The notes beneath the pieces are model-generated. The model was not told where the DNA came from, did no database searches, and saw only the letters and a program-made list of their open reading frames with translations. Made by a program: the position numbers and the translations under genes. Shown one piece after another: positions 37,580-49,065 of a stretch of 64,000 bases of DNA; the first letter of the stretch is position 1; each line of letters starts with the position of its first letter. Source of the stretch: Amphiscolops sp. MND2022 (lineage: Eukaryota); the NCBI GenBank assembly GCA_964187785.1, contig OZ076412.1, positions 72,478,001-72,542,000 on the forward strand, in the 5' to 3' direction.

Positions 37580-38165
37580 GCATGTTGTTGAGTCGATTTT
37601 GATTTCACGTTGTTGGATTTATCTGGAAATACTGCAAAAGCTCTAGAGGATACAATACCCCGTTTGGGGGGAGGCGTTGAGTAAAGAAAAAGCTCTTGGT
37701 CTATCCAAGCGTCATTATAGAACCCCGAATTGCTTTGTTGTTTCGAAGAACGACACTGAATTGCTGAGGGCAACGCAGTGTTAGGAATGCTCGGCTTCTG
37801 GATCGGACAGCGACATATGTACGTCGACCACTGAAAGGAAATCAGCTGCATCGAAAACAAAAGCAGCAGCTCAAGGAACAGCCAGGATATGCAGACAATT
37901 AGCTGCCACTGATTTCAATTTTATAAACGTAATTATAAAAACATACATTGAAGATGTTGAGAAAAATGGCTGTGTTTTGGATCCTTCCGAATACGTGTTG
38001 TCAGGTAGTGGAACAATTGAGCGAGCCTGTGTCAAAGATCAACGCCCACTGTTCGAAAGACAAAAAAATGCCGAAAGATCAGAGAGTGATTACTTCCTTG
38101 AAACGTTTGCGCATGAGATCAAGATCGAAAGTAGAAGCACACGATACATTTGCGGCTGTTTTTAA
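37580..38165 (+). pseudogene. BRCT-like domain downstream of the transposase
   Basis: FTLLDLSG..LEDTIPRLGGGV, then NCFVV, then FNFINV..YIEDVEKNGCVLDPSEYVL, across a frameshift and stops. Confidence 0.45.
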
Positions 38166-39990
38166 GCAACGAACGATCAAAAAAACAACAAGATTATACT
38201 TTTTCGGCACGAGACATGTAATTTCAATCAGTAATAATTTGATTTGTTCCAGTTTGAATCATTTCCATTCAAGCTAGTCAGCTTCACCAGTTTGCAATGT
38301 AGGAATTCTCCAGCATGCACGAATTGAACAAGTTGTGTAGTCAGTTTTGTGGATTCTTCAAACTACATTGGCTTAGCTGGCGTTTTAAATAATCGCGAAG
38401 AATTGCGAAAGTAACTTTGAAGCATGGTTTGAAGAATCTAGATATCAATGTTAAACCATTGTGAATTGTTAATTAAAAGTAGTAGTGCACTGATTTTGAA
38501 CAATTGCTGAAAGCAAATTTATTGGTTCTTCAAATAGCAATAGCTCAGCCCTCGTTTAAGAAGCGCTGAAGTATTGAGAAAGTAACTTTTGCCCAAAAAA
38601 ATCATCAATAATTGTTGTAGTCGAACTAATGTCTTGATAAAATTCCAATACCAGCTTTCAGAGTCTTTACAATTTTTTAAAGAATTTCATGAGCATTTCA
38701 AAAATGAGTTGTTCAAGGAATGTAGCTGAAATTTAAAGGGGTGTTCAAGGTTACTCGTGTTTGATACAGTAAAAGATTTAACGACACTAGGAGCGTTCAA
38801 GTAATAAATTTTAATCAAGTTGAATTACCAATCACAAAATAATACAGAAGACGAAAAACAGAACGATATTTCTTTTTTAAATGCGAAATATGTGGCCCAG
38901 AGAGGAGATTCTTTCATAAGAGATGGACAACTAAAAAAGAGGACGAAAAAAGGATGCAGTGGCTCAGTGATCTTACAATGTGGGCTCTTCCTATCAAGGT
39001 GAAGAGGAACAAGACAGATGTCTTTCGAGGCATCAATTTAGAATCGTCTGTTTCGAGTGCGATGTCGACGGGCAGACAACGCAATCAGCTTCGCTTTTTT
39101 CTCACGGAAATTATCAACTGCACCACCAACCCCAATTTGCAGTTGCATTGGACACACATGAACTGTCGTATAAGTCATTGTTTTCAAGATTCATCAGTTT
39201 TTTGGGATTTTCATTTATGATTTTCGCAATGACTGCCAGGTGTCTTTTTTGTTAACATTCCCCACATTAGGCGCGAAATCTTTAATTGCCCCCAGTATCA
39301 TTACAATCTTTCGGATTTTTACTTTCAGATGATAATTATGTCAGTGAACAATTACTATTTTACAACAAAATGTGCTTACGTGTAGGGACTAACAGAACAG
39401 ATCCGAATTTCCCAGCAAAACAATTGTTTTTGCAACATCACATTCGAGTGTCATGACTTTACGCGCTGTGAATTACCCACCATTTCAATTCACAAAAGAT
39501 GTGAGTGTGTTTGGTGACCCGTTTTGTTGAACATTCATATCGGCGAAAAATATTAGAGTATTCAAAGCGTCGAAAGAATTCGAAAAATTTTAAAGGAATT
39601 TGAATGAAGGGTTTGTCACGTGACCATGACGCGCAGAAATTACTGCGTCATGTAAACAAACTTCAAGTTCCATCGCTTTATCCAACAAGGTTTTATGTTT
39701 ACTTGGATGAATTTTCTGTCACGTGACCATGACGAGCAGAATTTACTGAGTCGTATGAACATACCTCACGTTCCCTCTCTTTATTCAAAAACGTTATTTA
39801 ACAACCTATGCGTGCTGACAATCAGTCCTGCCCCCTGCTGAAAGATTTGATCCAAATCGAAATTTCCAATTTGAAGATTCCGAACCAAAAATCATCACTG
39901 AGAACCAATTCAATCTTCATATTCAAATAAAGTAAGTCAAATTTCATTTTTTCGGTACAATTTGAGCTTTGCTGTCCCAAAAATTTACAT

Positions 39991-40296
39991 GTAACGGTTC
40001 CATGAGCGCGATTAATGCAAGATATGAAACAAACATTGAGACAGATGTAACGACCACATGAGCGCGTAAAATAAAGGACATGAAATTATTGTTTTGCCAG
40101 ATGAAAGTAACGGCTACATGAGCGCGATAAACAGATGATAAAATAAACAATTATATAGATGTAACGACTCCATGAGCATGATTCATGTAAGATATAGAAC
40201 AAACGTTTAGACAGGTGTAACTACTCCATGGGCGCAAAAAGCATAGGGCAAGAAAATAATGTTTAGCCATGTGATTGTAACGGCTCCATGAGCGTT
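39991..40296 (+). repeat. Higher-order minisatellite: six copies of GTAACG(G/A)CTCCATGAGCG
   Basis: Starts at 39991, 40047, 40107, 40161, 40217 and 40277; periods 56/60/54/56/60, i.e. a duplicated 170-bp trimer. Confidence 0.85.
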
Positions 40297-40414
40297 GAGA
40301 CAGATGAGTAAACGAGATAAAGCCATAAACATCACTCTCTTTAAAACCAGAATACTCCAGTGAGAACAACAGATGAAGTGTTCCAAGTACCCTTACGAAT
40401 CGACCAGGTTGTTT

Positions 40415-43400
40415 AATTACAACAGACACGTCTAAAAATGCAAAAGACGCAAGGCAGTGATTGATGTGGCACCCGGAAGTGGTACCTTCATTTGCAACCT
40501 GTGTCTACAACCTGTGTCTGCAACCTGTGTCGACGAAAGATACCCTCAGACGCCATCAGCAAACCCAGAGCTGTGCCAAGAGAGCAAATGAGCTGGCTCA
40601 ATGTCACTCCCCACCCATTAAGAAATACAGTAAGTTACTGATCCCAATGAAAAACATGGAGAAACGGGCTTGTTACAATTGATTAACAGTATCTTTTATA
40701 CTTTTGGCAAAACATTATAGCAGGACAAAATAATATGATAAACTGATGAATGTTCTTGCAAAATAGAATTAGAATTGTACCGCCCATCTTTTAGGTTGGT
40801 TTCAGATTTAGTTCAGAGACTGTAACGGGGAAACTCAAGCCGACGAGTTGTTGTGGGTATGAGCAGCGTTTTTTCTCACGGAGCAATTTGCTGCGTCATC
40901 TGGAGCGAGTTCCCAATCACAGGTTCAAAGACATGAACTTCTCGCGGTTCTCAAGAAAGTCGGCGAAGGATGGCACTAGCAGGTTTGTGACATTCGATCT
41001 CAAAGTTTACAGAAAACAACAGATGTCAGAATAAAAAATTCTCATGCCTAGGAATGGTTTGAAAGTAAATTTTTCTTCCGAATTGGTTAGCTTTGCAAGG
41101 AAAACAAAGACCCTTTACTGTACTGATAAATATAGGTAGTTGTTCTTTTCTTCTTAGGTGCTACGAGCATATCGAGGGAACGAGTCAGAGTACCATCCCA
41201 AAGTGCGTTGTATGGCATGGGGCCGTAGAACACCAGACGAAGAAGGTCTTTTATTATTTGTCCCAAGGTTTCCCCACCCTGTGCAGAGGCGCCAGTGACA
41301 ACGCAGAAGGCCTCGTAATCCCACATATTCCCGGTTACCAGGCAACTCAGTTTCTGACTCTAGCAGAACATCTGTTGCAGCATGCTGTCAACCCGGATGT
41401 CCCCATTTCTGCAAAGTCAGCAAAACGAGGTGAGATTTTAAAGTATAAACTGGTGTTGTCTTGCAGAACAACTCCTGAATTTGAAGAGCAAGCACACAAA
41501 CTCCTATTTTTATCGCTTTGAAGAATCCACAAAATAGAATCTTTGTTTCGTTGTGAAATCATGGACCACTGCCTTTAACTTAAAGTTTCAATGATTTATT
41601 ATCCAGTGGTAGATTCGTTACAAGGTGCTTCGTCTTCTTTGTCCCAGTTCGACTGCGTTCACGCAGCCAAAACAAAATAGTAAAATCACACTTTCTGTGG
41701 AGAATCCAAAAAATTGTAAATTTTGTGTTGTTCTGAAATCATGGACCACAACTTTTAAACTAACGTTCCAATAGTTTATTATCCACTGTTAGTTTCTTCA
41801 CAACATCTTCAATCACTATAATCTCAATTTTACTGCGTTCACGCAGTCAATAAAAATTTGTTAAAACCATCCGAACTAGATTACAAAATGTTTTTGCAGA
41901 TACGAAGTTTGACCAAAGAGCAATACCTGGCGGAGCAGCGTGCCGGCCCAAAAGCAACTCGCAAAGGACTCTTTCACGTCCTAGATTTCACCCTTCAACA
42001 CGCGGTTATTAGATGTTAAGATGAAATCAAAGCTAAATAAACAAAAAAATGAAGAAATAATACCCTCAATATAAACCTTGATTTGCTAAATTAGGCTCTG
42101 TAGTTTGCTTTAGAGTGGGGGCCATATAAGTGATTATGATTGGAAAACAACATCTTCGTTGCGATTTCTCTTCCACAAATATAAGAATGCACATTCAACC
42201 TTATTATTAGATCATGAAAACTGGTTACGTTTCAAAAATTTTCACCACCTACTTCCGTCCAAAAGGTCGCAGTCGACTGCTTTGTTGAGTCGAAACTGAC
42301 AGCCTTACAGAGCAATGGGAACTACCTTTTGCTTTCCAACGACAAATGTGTCACCCCTGGCTCATTGATTTCGCGACTACGTCAGTTTTTTATGTGGTGC
42401 TGCTTGGCGAGAAAATTTTCTGGCTTGTTGAGCCAACAAAGAAGATTATACAACTCTTCCAGCAGTACAGTGAGAAAGATCCTTGCCGCCTGTAAGAATA
42501 AACAACATACTTTACGTCTATTCTCTAAATTTATGTTATTCGATTAAACTTTGGAGGTATAGACAATCCTTTCAGAACATAAATGTCATTATTCACATAA
42601 ACCGAAAGATAACCCAGCAACTAATTTTTATCCATATAAAGTCCCCATATATGTTTTTATGTGTGTCTTTTAAAACAACATCATTTTGGGACCTGGAGCA
42701 GTTGGAGGGAGAGGCTGTCAAAGGATTCACGCGAGGGCAGGAGATGCCATTTTTGTGCCTACAAAGTGGATTCACTGTGTCCTAACCAACAGCGATTCAG
42801 TGGCACTCCGTGCCAATTTTCTGAGTTCTGGGCACAGTAGTCAATTGTGCATGCCCAATTCGACGTTGAAGAAGATACACGGTAAAGTTTTATACTTACT
42901 AAGTACACAACATCATTTTACCTCTTTTGCCATCACTTTAACTGAAACGAGAAATTGAAAAAATCTTCTGAAAAAAATACATATAGCAGAAAGCACCCCA
43001 AATATTATGTAACGAGTCCAGGAGCAAGTTCGGTTATCATTTCATTTTGTTATAAAAACACAACCATCCCATTACTACTTTGTAACGACGCCGGGAGCAT
43101 CATTGGGGATCAATTCAAAACAGAAACCTGTCTCCCAACAGAAATTTGTAACGATTCCGGGGGCAAATTTTTAGGAATCATTAGCCTACATCTCAAACTA
43201 ATGTTATATCTCATTAGCACCTTACAATTGTCTCAACTAACACCCCTTCCCAACTGTTCCTGTTTCCCTTGTTTTGGTTGTTACCTTAAGTATAAATATT
43301 TTTTCCAGATATCCCGGTTTGACGACATTGCTGGAGTGTCTTGCTGTACAACTTCCGCAAGCTGCGCCCGAACTACTTAAGTGATCACTACAAGCACCTC

Positions 43401-43452
43401 TTTCAAAAAGTAGCAGAACACATGAAGGATGAAGAAGCCTCCACTTCACAAG
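40415..43452 (+). pseudogene. Spliced 2x C2H2 zinc finger + JmjC (KDM2/KDM7-like) gene, inactivated
   Basis: ZnF1 FICNLCLQPVSTKDTLRRHQQTQSC (donor 40630); ZnF2 CCGYEQRFFSRSNLLRHLERVPNH; EGLVIP (donor GTGAG ~41429); LFHVLDF; YLLLS..TPW(L)IDFATTSVFYVVLLGEKIFWLVEPT; GDAIFVPTKWIHCVLTNSDSVALRANFL; RYPGL. Frameshifts at ~40500 and ~42356. Confidence 0.8.
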
Positions 43453-44404
43453 TAAGTACATTAGGAACCATGCTCGGAAAACAGAAAAGTCTGTATGGGG
43501 TCGCCTGGCAGTGTATATGAAGGGATCGATCAACAATTGATTTGTCTATATTCTCATCAAAAGGGACGCAGTCTCCTTGTTCCTCTCATCAGAAAGGAAT
43601 GCAGTAGCGCAGTGGATCTCCAATTGTGCCTTCCTATCACTGTGAAGTGGAATACAACGATGTCGTTTACCCAATCGATATGGGGAACACAGTGTCGTCT
43701 GTATAGAGTCGCCCACCAGCGTATATTTGAGGGGATTGATCCAATGGTAGACAACGCTACTAGTTTTGCTACATACCCAAGGGAAATATCAACTGCGCCA
43801 ACATCCCCAATAAGCCGCTGCATTGCAAACATACTTAAACTCACACAAATTTCATCGTTCGTTTTTCTGGTCGTTCAATTTCTCTGAATTGTAATTTTTT
43901 GAATTGATTCGATTTTTAACAGATCTAAGTAATGGTTGAATTTCAAACTGGAGAACAATTTAATAAACCAAATAAGTTTATCTCGATTGATAACTTTCCA
44001 AAACCTATTTGCCAACAAAACCTAACTGCATCTTTGAATTTCATGAGAAATTCATATAAAAACAGAATCTTCCGCCCCTCCCCGAAAACTTAGTAATATG
44101 AGTAATAACTCATTTATAATTCAAATAAATACAGAAGTTTAGACCCTCCTTCCCCCCCGAAGTACTTTAGCATTGAAACTAACTAAAAACTAATTCAATT
44201 GAAACAACTTCCGTTTTCCCCGGTAGTATGGTGAAATCAAACAAAACCACGAGACATCCACAAAAATTTATTATTGGTATACGGTGAATTCAGGCAAAAC
44301 GACGTATACACAAAATTGTAGTAGATCTAATGCGTGACCTAATTAGTGAAGAATCCACGCAAACTAATACTTGCCTAAAGAAGAATCCACACAATTTCAA
44401 GAAT

Positions 44405-47400
44405 TTAAATAAACAGTGAGAATTTTGTTTCGCTGATTCTTCGCAGGTTACACACGGTATTGGATTGGTGCAAAAATCCAGGAAAGTGTTCCACTTCCTT
44501 TTCCTGATTCCTTGAAAACTCACGTATTGTAATCGATGTGAAGAATTCATACCACACTGCAACAGATCTGTTGCAGTCGAAATTTTCCCGTCTGGCGTCG
44601 TATTGTTGCCTGCCCAGGAATAAACCCTGTGGAAAGTGTCCTTCTAAGAGGACAATTGCCTCAAACTTCAAATCGACACCGTCGACGTTGATTGCTACGG
44701 GGACTGGTGCAATTGTCTTAACCTTTTGTATTTTCGCAAATTCTACCTATTCCTCGTAAAGTGTGGTTACGGTCTTGATGTTACTTTAACCCGTATTCCG
44801 ACACAATTCTTCTTTTAATTGGTGCGAAGTTAAGTTGGGACGTGTTTTTTGCTCTGCAGAGAGTAGTAAGTGAATCGAGATCAGTGTCTCACTCGTACGG
44901 CCGCAGTTGATGCACAACGTCACCGTTCCTTGCATTGGTAGTGCCGCAGGAAAGGTGTCGTTGTTTATGCATTGTTGGGTTAGACGGACATCTATTCGCC
45001 GGCGAGATTTTTGTGACACGAGTTGACTTGCTGTTGCACTGGTTTTCCTGCTCGATCCTTCAACGTACAATCAGCTAAAAAGTTTTGATTTGGACAATTT
45101 GCGGGGCCGCCGGATGGCGGAGCTGCGCATTCGCAAGTTTTGATGTACCGTGAATAACAATGCTTCTAACGTAGGCGGTTCCTCAAGGTGTTTTTTTGTG
45201 CGTACATCAAGGCTAAGTTGCGTGTCGGTTCAATGCTACACACTCCGTCGAAGACTTTTTGCATTGCTTCATTTTCCGTACGGTGTGTATTTCGTTCGGG
45301 AAGCCCTGGCTAGTCAGCCCTTCCAATACATCTAAATACGGCATGTGGTCCCCATCACCCGTTTGATTGCGCGTACGGAATTGTTGTTGTATGTAGATCT
45401 TATTAGAACCCGTTCCGCATCGGAGCGCTAGTAGCGCGAAGACCTTCTTATCTGTATCTCGCTCAGCCTCAGACTTATTCGTGATGTAGTCTCTTGCTTC
45501 ATTCTTTAGAAACTCCACTGTAGTCCATGCTTTGTCTAAAGGTGTGACTTTCGCGTGTGCTTTTTCTAGGTAGCGTTTCATCAGCATCATCCAACCCTCA
45601 ACCAACCGTGTGTCATGGTACTTGGTTGGCTTATTCTTTGTTTCTTTAGCCGTTAGTAGCGGTTCCAGACTTTTAGAGACTGCAGTACCTATAGCCTCAG
45701 CTAGTGTTTGCCTTTGCATTGTGCTTGGTGTGTCACCTTGTGATTCTTCTTCCGCCACACTCAAGATCCTCTCCGTAGTGGTTTTTTTGTGTTTTGAAGA
45801 CTAACAGCCTCGGTGAGTTATCCCCAAAAGATGAGATCGGCGAGATAGCTGGGAGCGTGGTCATCGTCGAGTTTCCCGTTTGATTTTCCATGCGTTCCGG
45901 TGCCATTTGGTAATCTGTGTTGCCACTCGCCGTTTGAAATTCTGTGTCATTACAGTGCATCTGCCAGCTAAACCGTCAGACATTTTTCTGTGCGTGTATG
46001 TCCTCCGATTCCGCAGACATGCCTTGAAACGTATAAAATCGGCAATTTAGCACTGATTTTGCGGGATCCACGCCACGAAAATCAGCGTTTTTAGGAATCC
46101 GAGGGCATGGGTTAATACGTTAGCCGGTTTCAAACTGCGGAAACTGGGACCAAAAATATGCCAACAAATGCCGAGAAGATGCCGCCAAATTCGTGTCTTG
46201 GATTCCACGAAATGCATTATAACCAATCAGAAGGCTGTAAATGTTAGCGACTTAGTTTGCACTTACGTTTTAATTAGCTGAAATCAGTTTTAAAAAGCAA
46301 GCAGAGAGTAAATACAAAGTCAATTACCACAAACAAGTTACAATCAATGTCTCCCTTTCCGTAAAACTGTCGGCTTCTCTTCCTTTCATCTTTATATTGG
46401 TGATAATATTATTGCCAGACTCTACTATACTATGGTACTACAAGTATACCAACTGCATTTGAATTTGAAAAAATTAAATTTGAAAAATATTTCAATACTT
46501 CACTATACTATGGTGGAACATACTATGACAATGAAAATTGGATTGAAAAAGTCAACTAGAATGCACTAGAAACGACTCTGGTTACATTTACTATACCCTA
46601 TTTATTCTTAAGACAAAAGCTTTTTTTCTACCAACTGTAGTGAAACTGAAAAAAAATGAAAATTTTAATGAAATAATTGGTGTGGACTTGGAGATATTTT
46701 GGTTCCAATTGTGGGTCAAAACGTGAAGCTTCATTGAAAAGAAGTGTGTTTCCGAACATTATCTTTTTTAGCAATTTTCATCTAATTTCAAGAGATTAAA
46801 TGCCGAATCATAATATAATTGTTCCGGAATGTAGGTGCACGAATTTCTCTACTGAATGAAATTCTGGAATCTGAGCACTATTTGCTTTCTACGTAATTGG
46901 CCCCATTGAGGCCTGGCATAAGTGGCAATTTATTGGCCCCATTAACTTGCCAAGACACAAAAATAAGGAAAGTAAAATTTCAACTTCAGAGGAAGCTAAG
47001 GCAGTCGACATCAAAGGGGAATGAATTCAGTGTACGCGTCCCGGTTTCCAAGAATTCCAAAAACGCTCAGAAAAAGCTTGCCTATGCACTGTAATGGTTG
47101 CCATTTGACGTTCGGAATTGCATGTTGCCACTCCTCAGGCCACTGGCTGTTGACTAAAAGTCTCCAGTCGTCGAAGCACCTCTGGCATAGGGGTCAAACG
47201 ATGGCGGCCAGACACATCATGGTACTTCAATTCATTTTGACTGGCTCTTGGAATTTGAATTCTCCTCTCTGGCATTTTTTTGAACATTGCTGTTGGTTTT
47301 AACTTGGTCTGTTTGATATGCTCGGCCGATGGTCCAGTCTTGGATTGCGAGGCTACTTTCCCGAGTCCTAGCCCTTGCGGAGGAAAAGCACTTGTTGATG

Positions 47401-48500
47401 GAGCATTCTCATGGACAGATGTAGAGGAGGTAAGGGGAGGGAAGTCAGGTGTCACCACAAGTTGGGTTAGAACAGCTTTCACCCCAAGGGCGAGGTCCTT
47501 GATGATTGCCACCAATTCCATCATTCGATTGTTGACGTCAGCATCTCTTCGTTGCATCAAATCCGAAACAGATTTCATGCGATCGTCAGCTTGATGGTCT
47601 AGCTCTTCCATGAATCATGTCATTTCTGCCAAGCGGCTATCAGTCAACGTCTCTCGGTGTCTGATCAGATCGTGGATGCGTCTTTCCTTTTTCATCTCTA
47701 TGAGACGCATCTCGTCTATTTCTGTTACTAAGACTTCAGCTCGCTGGGCATGGTCATTATTCTCTTGTCTCAACGTAGTCTGTACTTGCTTCACTTGTGC
47801 CAAGGTCTGAGCGAAGTCTCCCCTCATCGCCTCTAATTCCTTGCTACTTTTCGTGATGGTCGAATCCGCAGCACTATCTAACCTGGAGTCACAATCTCCT
47901 ACCGAGCGTTTTAGTAGGTTTACCCTACGAGCTAGTAGTCGTGTAACATTTGAAGTAAAAGTCAAGGGAATCAATTCCTTCCTTGTAATTCGCTTTCCCG
48001 ACTGATTTCCAAAACATGAAGCCGTGGGGCCGTTCGTTTTTGCCAGCACTGATCACTGGAACTCCGGAACCCACCGGGTCCGTGCCTATAGTCAATTTTT
48101 GTGTGATTCTCCCTAAAGTTGCACCTGAACAGATGTAATTTACCCACTCATTGATGTTCGAGTTAGGATGTCGAGGGTTCCGGCGTAGTTGCTTGCGCGA
48201 TTCCAGCCTTCAAGATTCAATACGTTGTCTGACATGGCGTCTGAACATATATCGGCAAAGAAGTCTACGACGTTTTCATTTTGTCCGCGCAGCTCCATGT
48301 GGTTCACGAATGAATTGGTGGCATGGGAATTGTCCAGTTCTAACGTTGCCTCATCTAAGGATTTGATGGATTATCTGGTGTGCGACCTCATTGTTTTTCG
48401 AACTCGATCCTTACTCTCAAAGATCATATGAGTTTTCGTCTGCTTTCACACTCACGCACTTTTTCCCTTGCGAAACTTTGAACTCTGGACAAATGAAGTG
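44405..48500 (-). mobile_element. Ty3/Gypsy-like LTR retrotransposon remnant (coiled-coil, gag, aspartic-protease-like region)
   Basis: Retrotransposon gag pattern at 45213-45764 (W..LMKRYL..KAW..FLKNEA..VFALL.RCG); protease-like KFEAIVLLEGHFPQGLFLGRQ at ~44600-44670; upstream coiled-coil ORFs at 47135-48049; interrupted by AT-rich DNA at ~46200-46900. Confidence 0.7.
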
Positions 48501-48661
48501 GAAGTTTTAGAAGAACCTCCTCTGCACGACGCTAACTAAACTAAGGTACGATTACGGTTTCGAGCTGACAGTTTGTGATTGCGTCCTACGTTCTGAATCG
48601 AGAGTAGTTGGCGTACAAGCTATAGTTTCTAAACTACATGCAGTGGTGCTGACCATCGTTA

Positions 48662-49065
48662 AACGAAAAAAAAATTTCTCCACTTAACAAAACGGTTTTG
48701 GCAGGTTGAATAGGTTTAACAGTGATTGGTTAAGTAATCACTGCTTTTTGCGCCGTAAACGTCTTCTACGTTAATCGCAAAGCACTTTAGTTAGAGCGCA
48801 CAAGTGGGTTTTGTGCGGAGAGGGGAGCTGGGAAAAAACTTTGGGGTGGGTAGATGCTATGACGCTTACTAGAGAGAGATCACTGCTATTCCGATTGTAT
48901 TACGATCAAAGGAATATCAATTTTTAACACGCAGAGATGCTACTGTAGTTGATGTTCTGATTCGAGACGCACTGCGTATCATGTCTACATCTCCACAAAT
49001 GCTCTTATACGCGTGCTGACTCTTGCACGGCGCCCTTAGGTAAGGATATGCGTGATCTCCACTAA
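48662..49065 (-). repeat. Possible 5' LTR of the Gypsy-like element
   Basis: Minus strand begins T(A)GTGGAGAT or TGTGGAGAT and is followed by TGGTCAGCACC (PBS-like). No second copy in the window to confirm it. Confidence 0.35.

Noticed and set aside
37480-39260. RAG2-like partner gene (ProtoRAG arrangement)
   Set aside because: No kelch-repeat pattern on either strand.
39991-40296. CRISPR array
   Set aside because: Eukaryotic context, no cas genes, degenerate repeats, and spacers that are homologous to each other (170-bp higher-order duplication).
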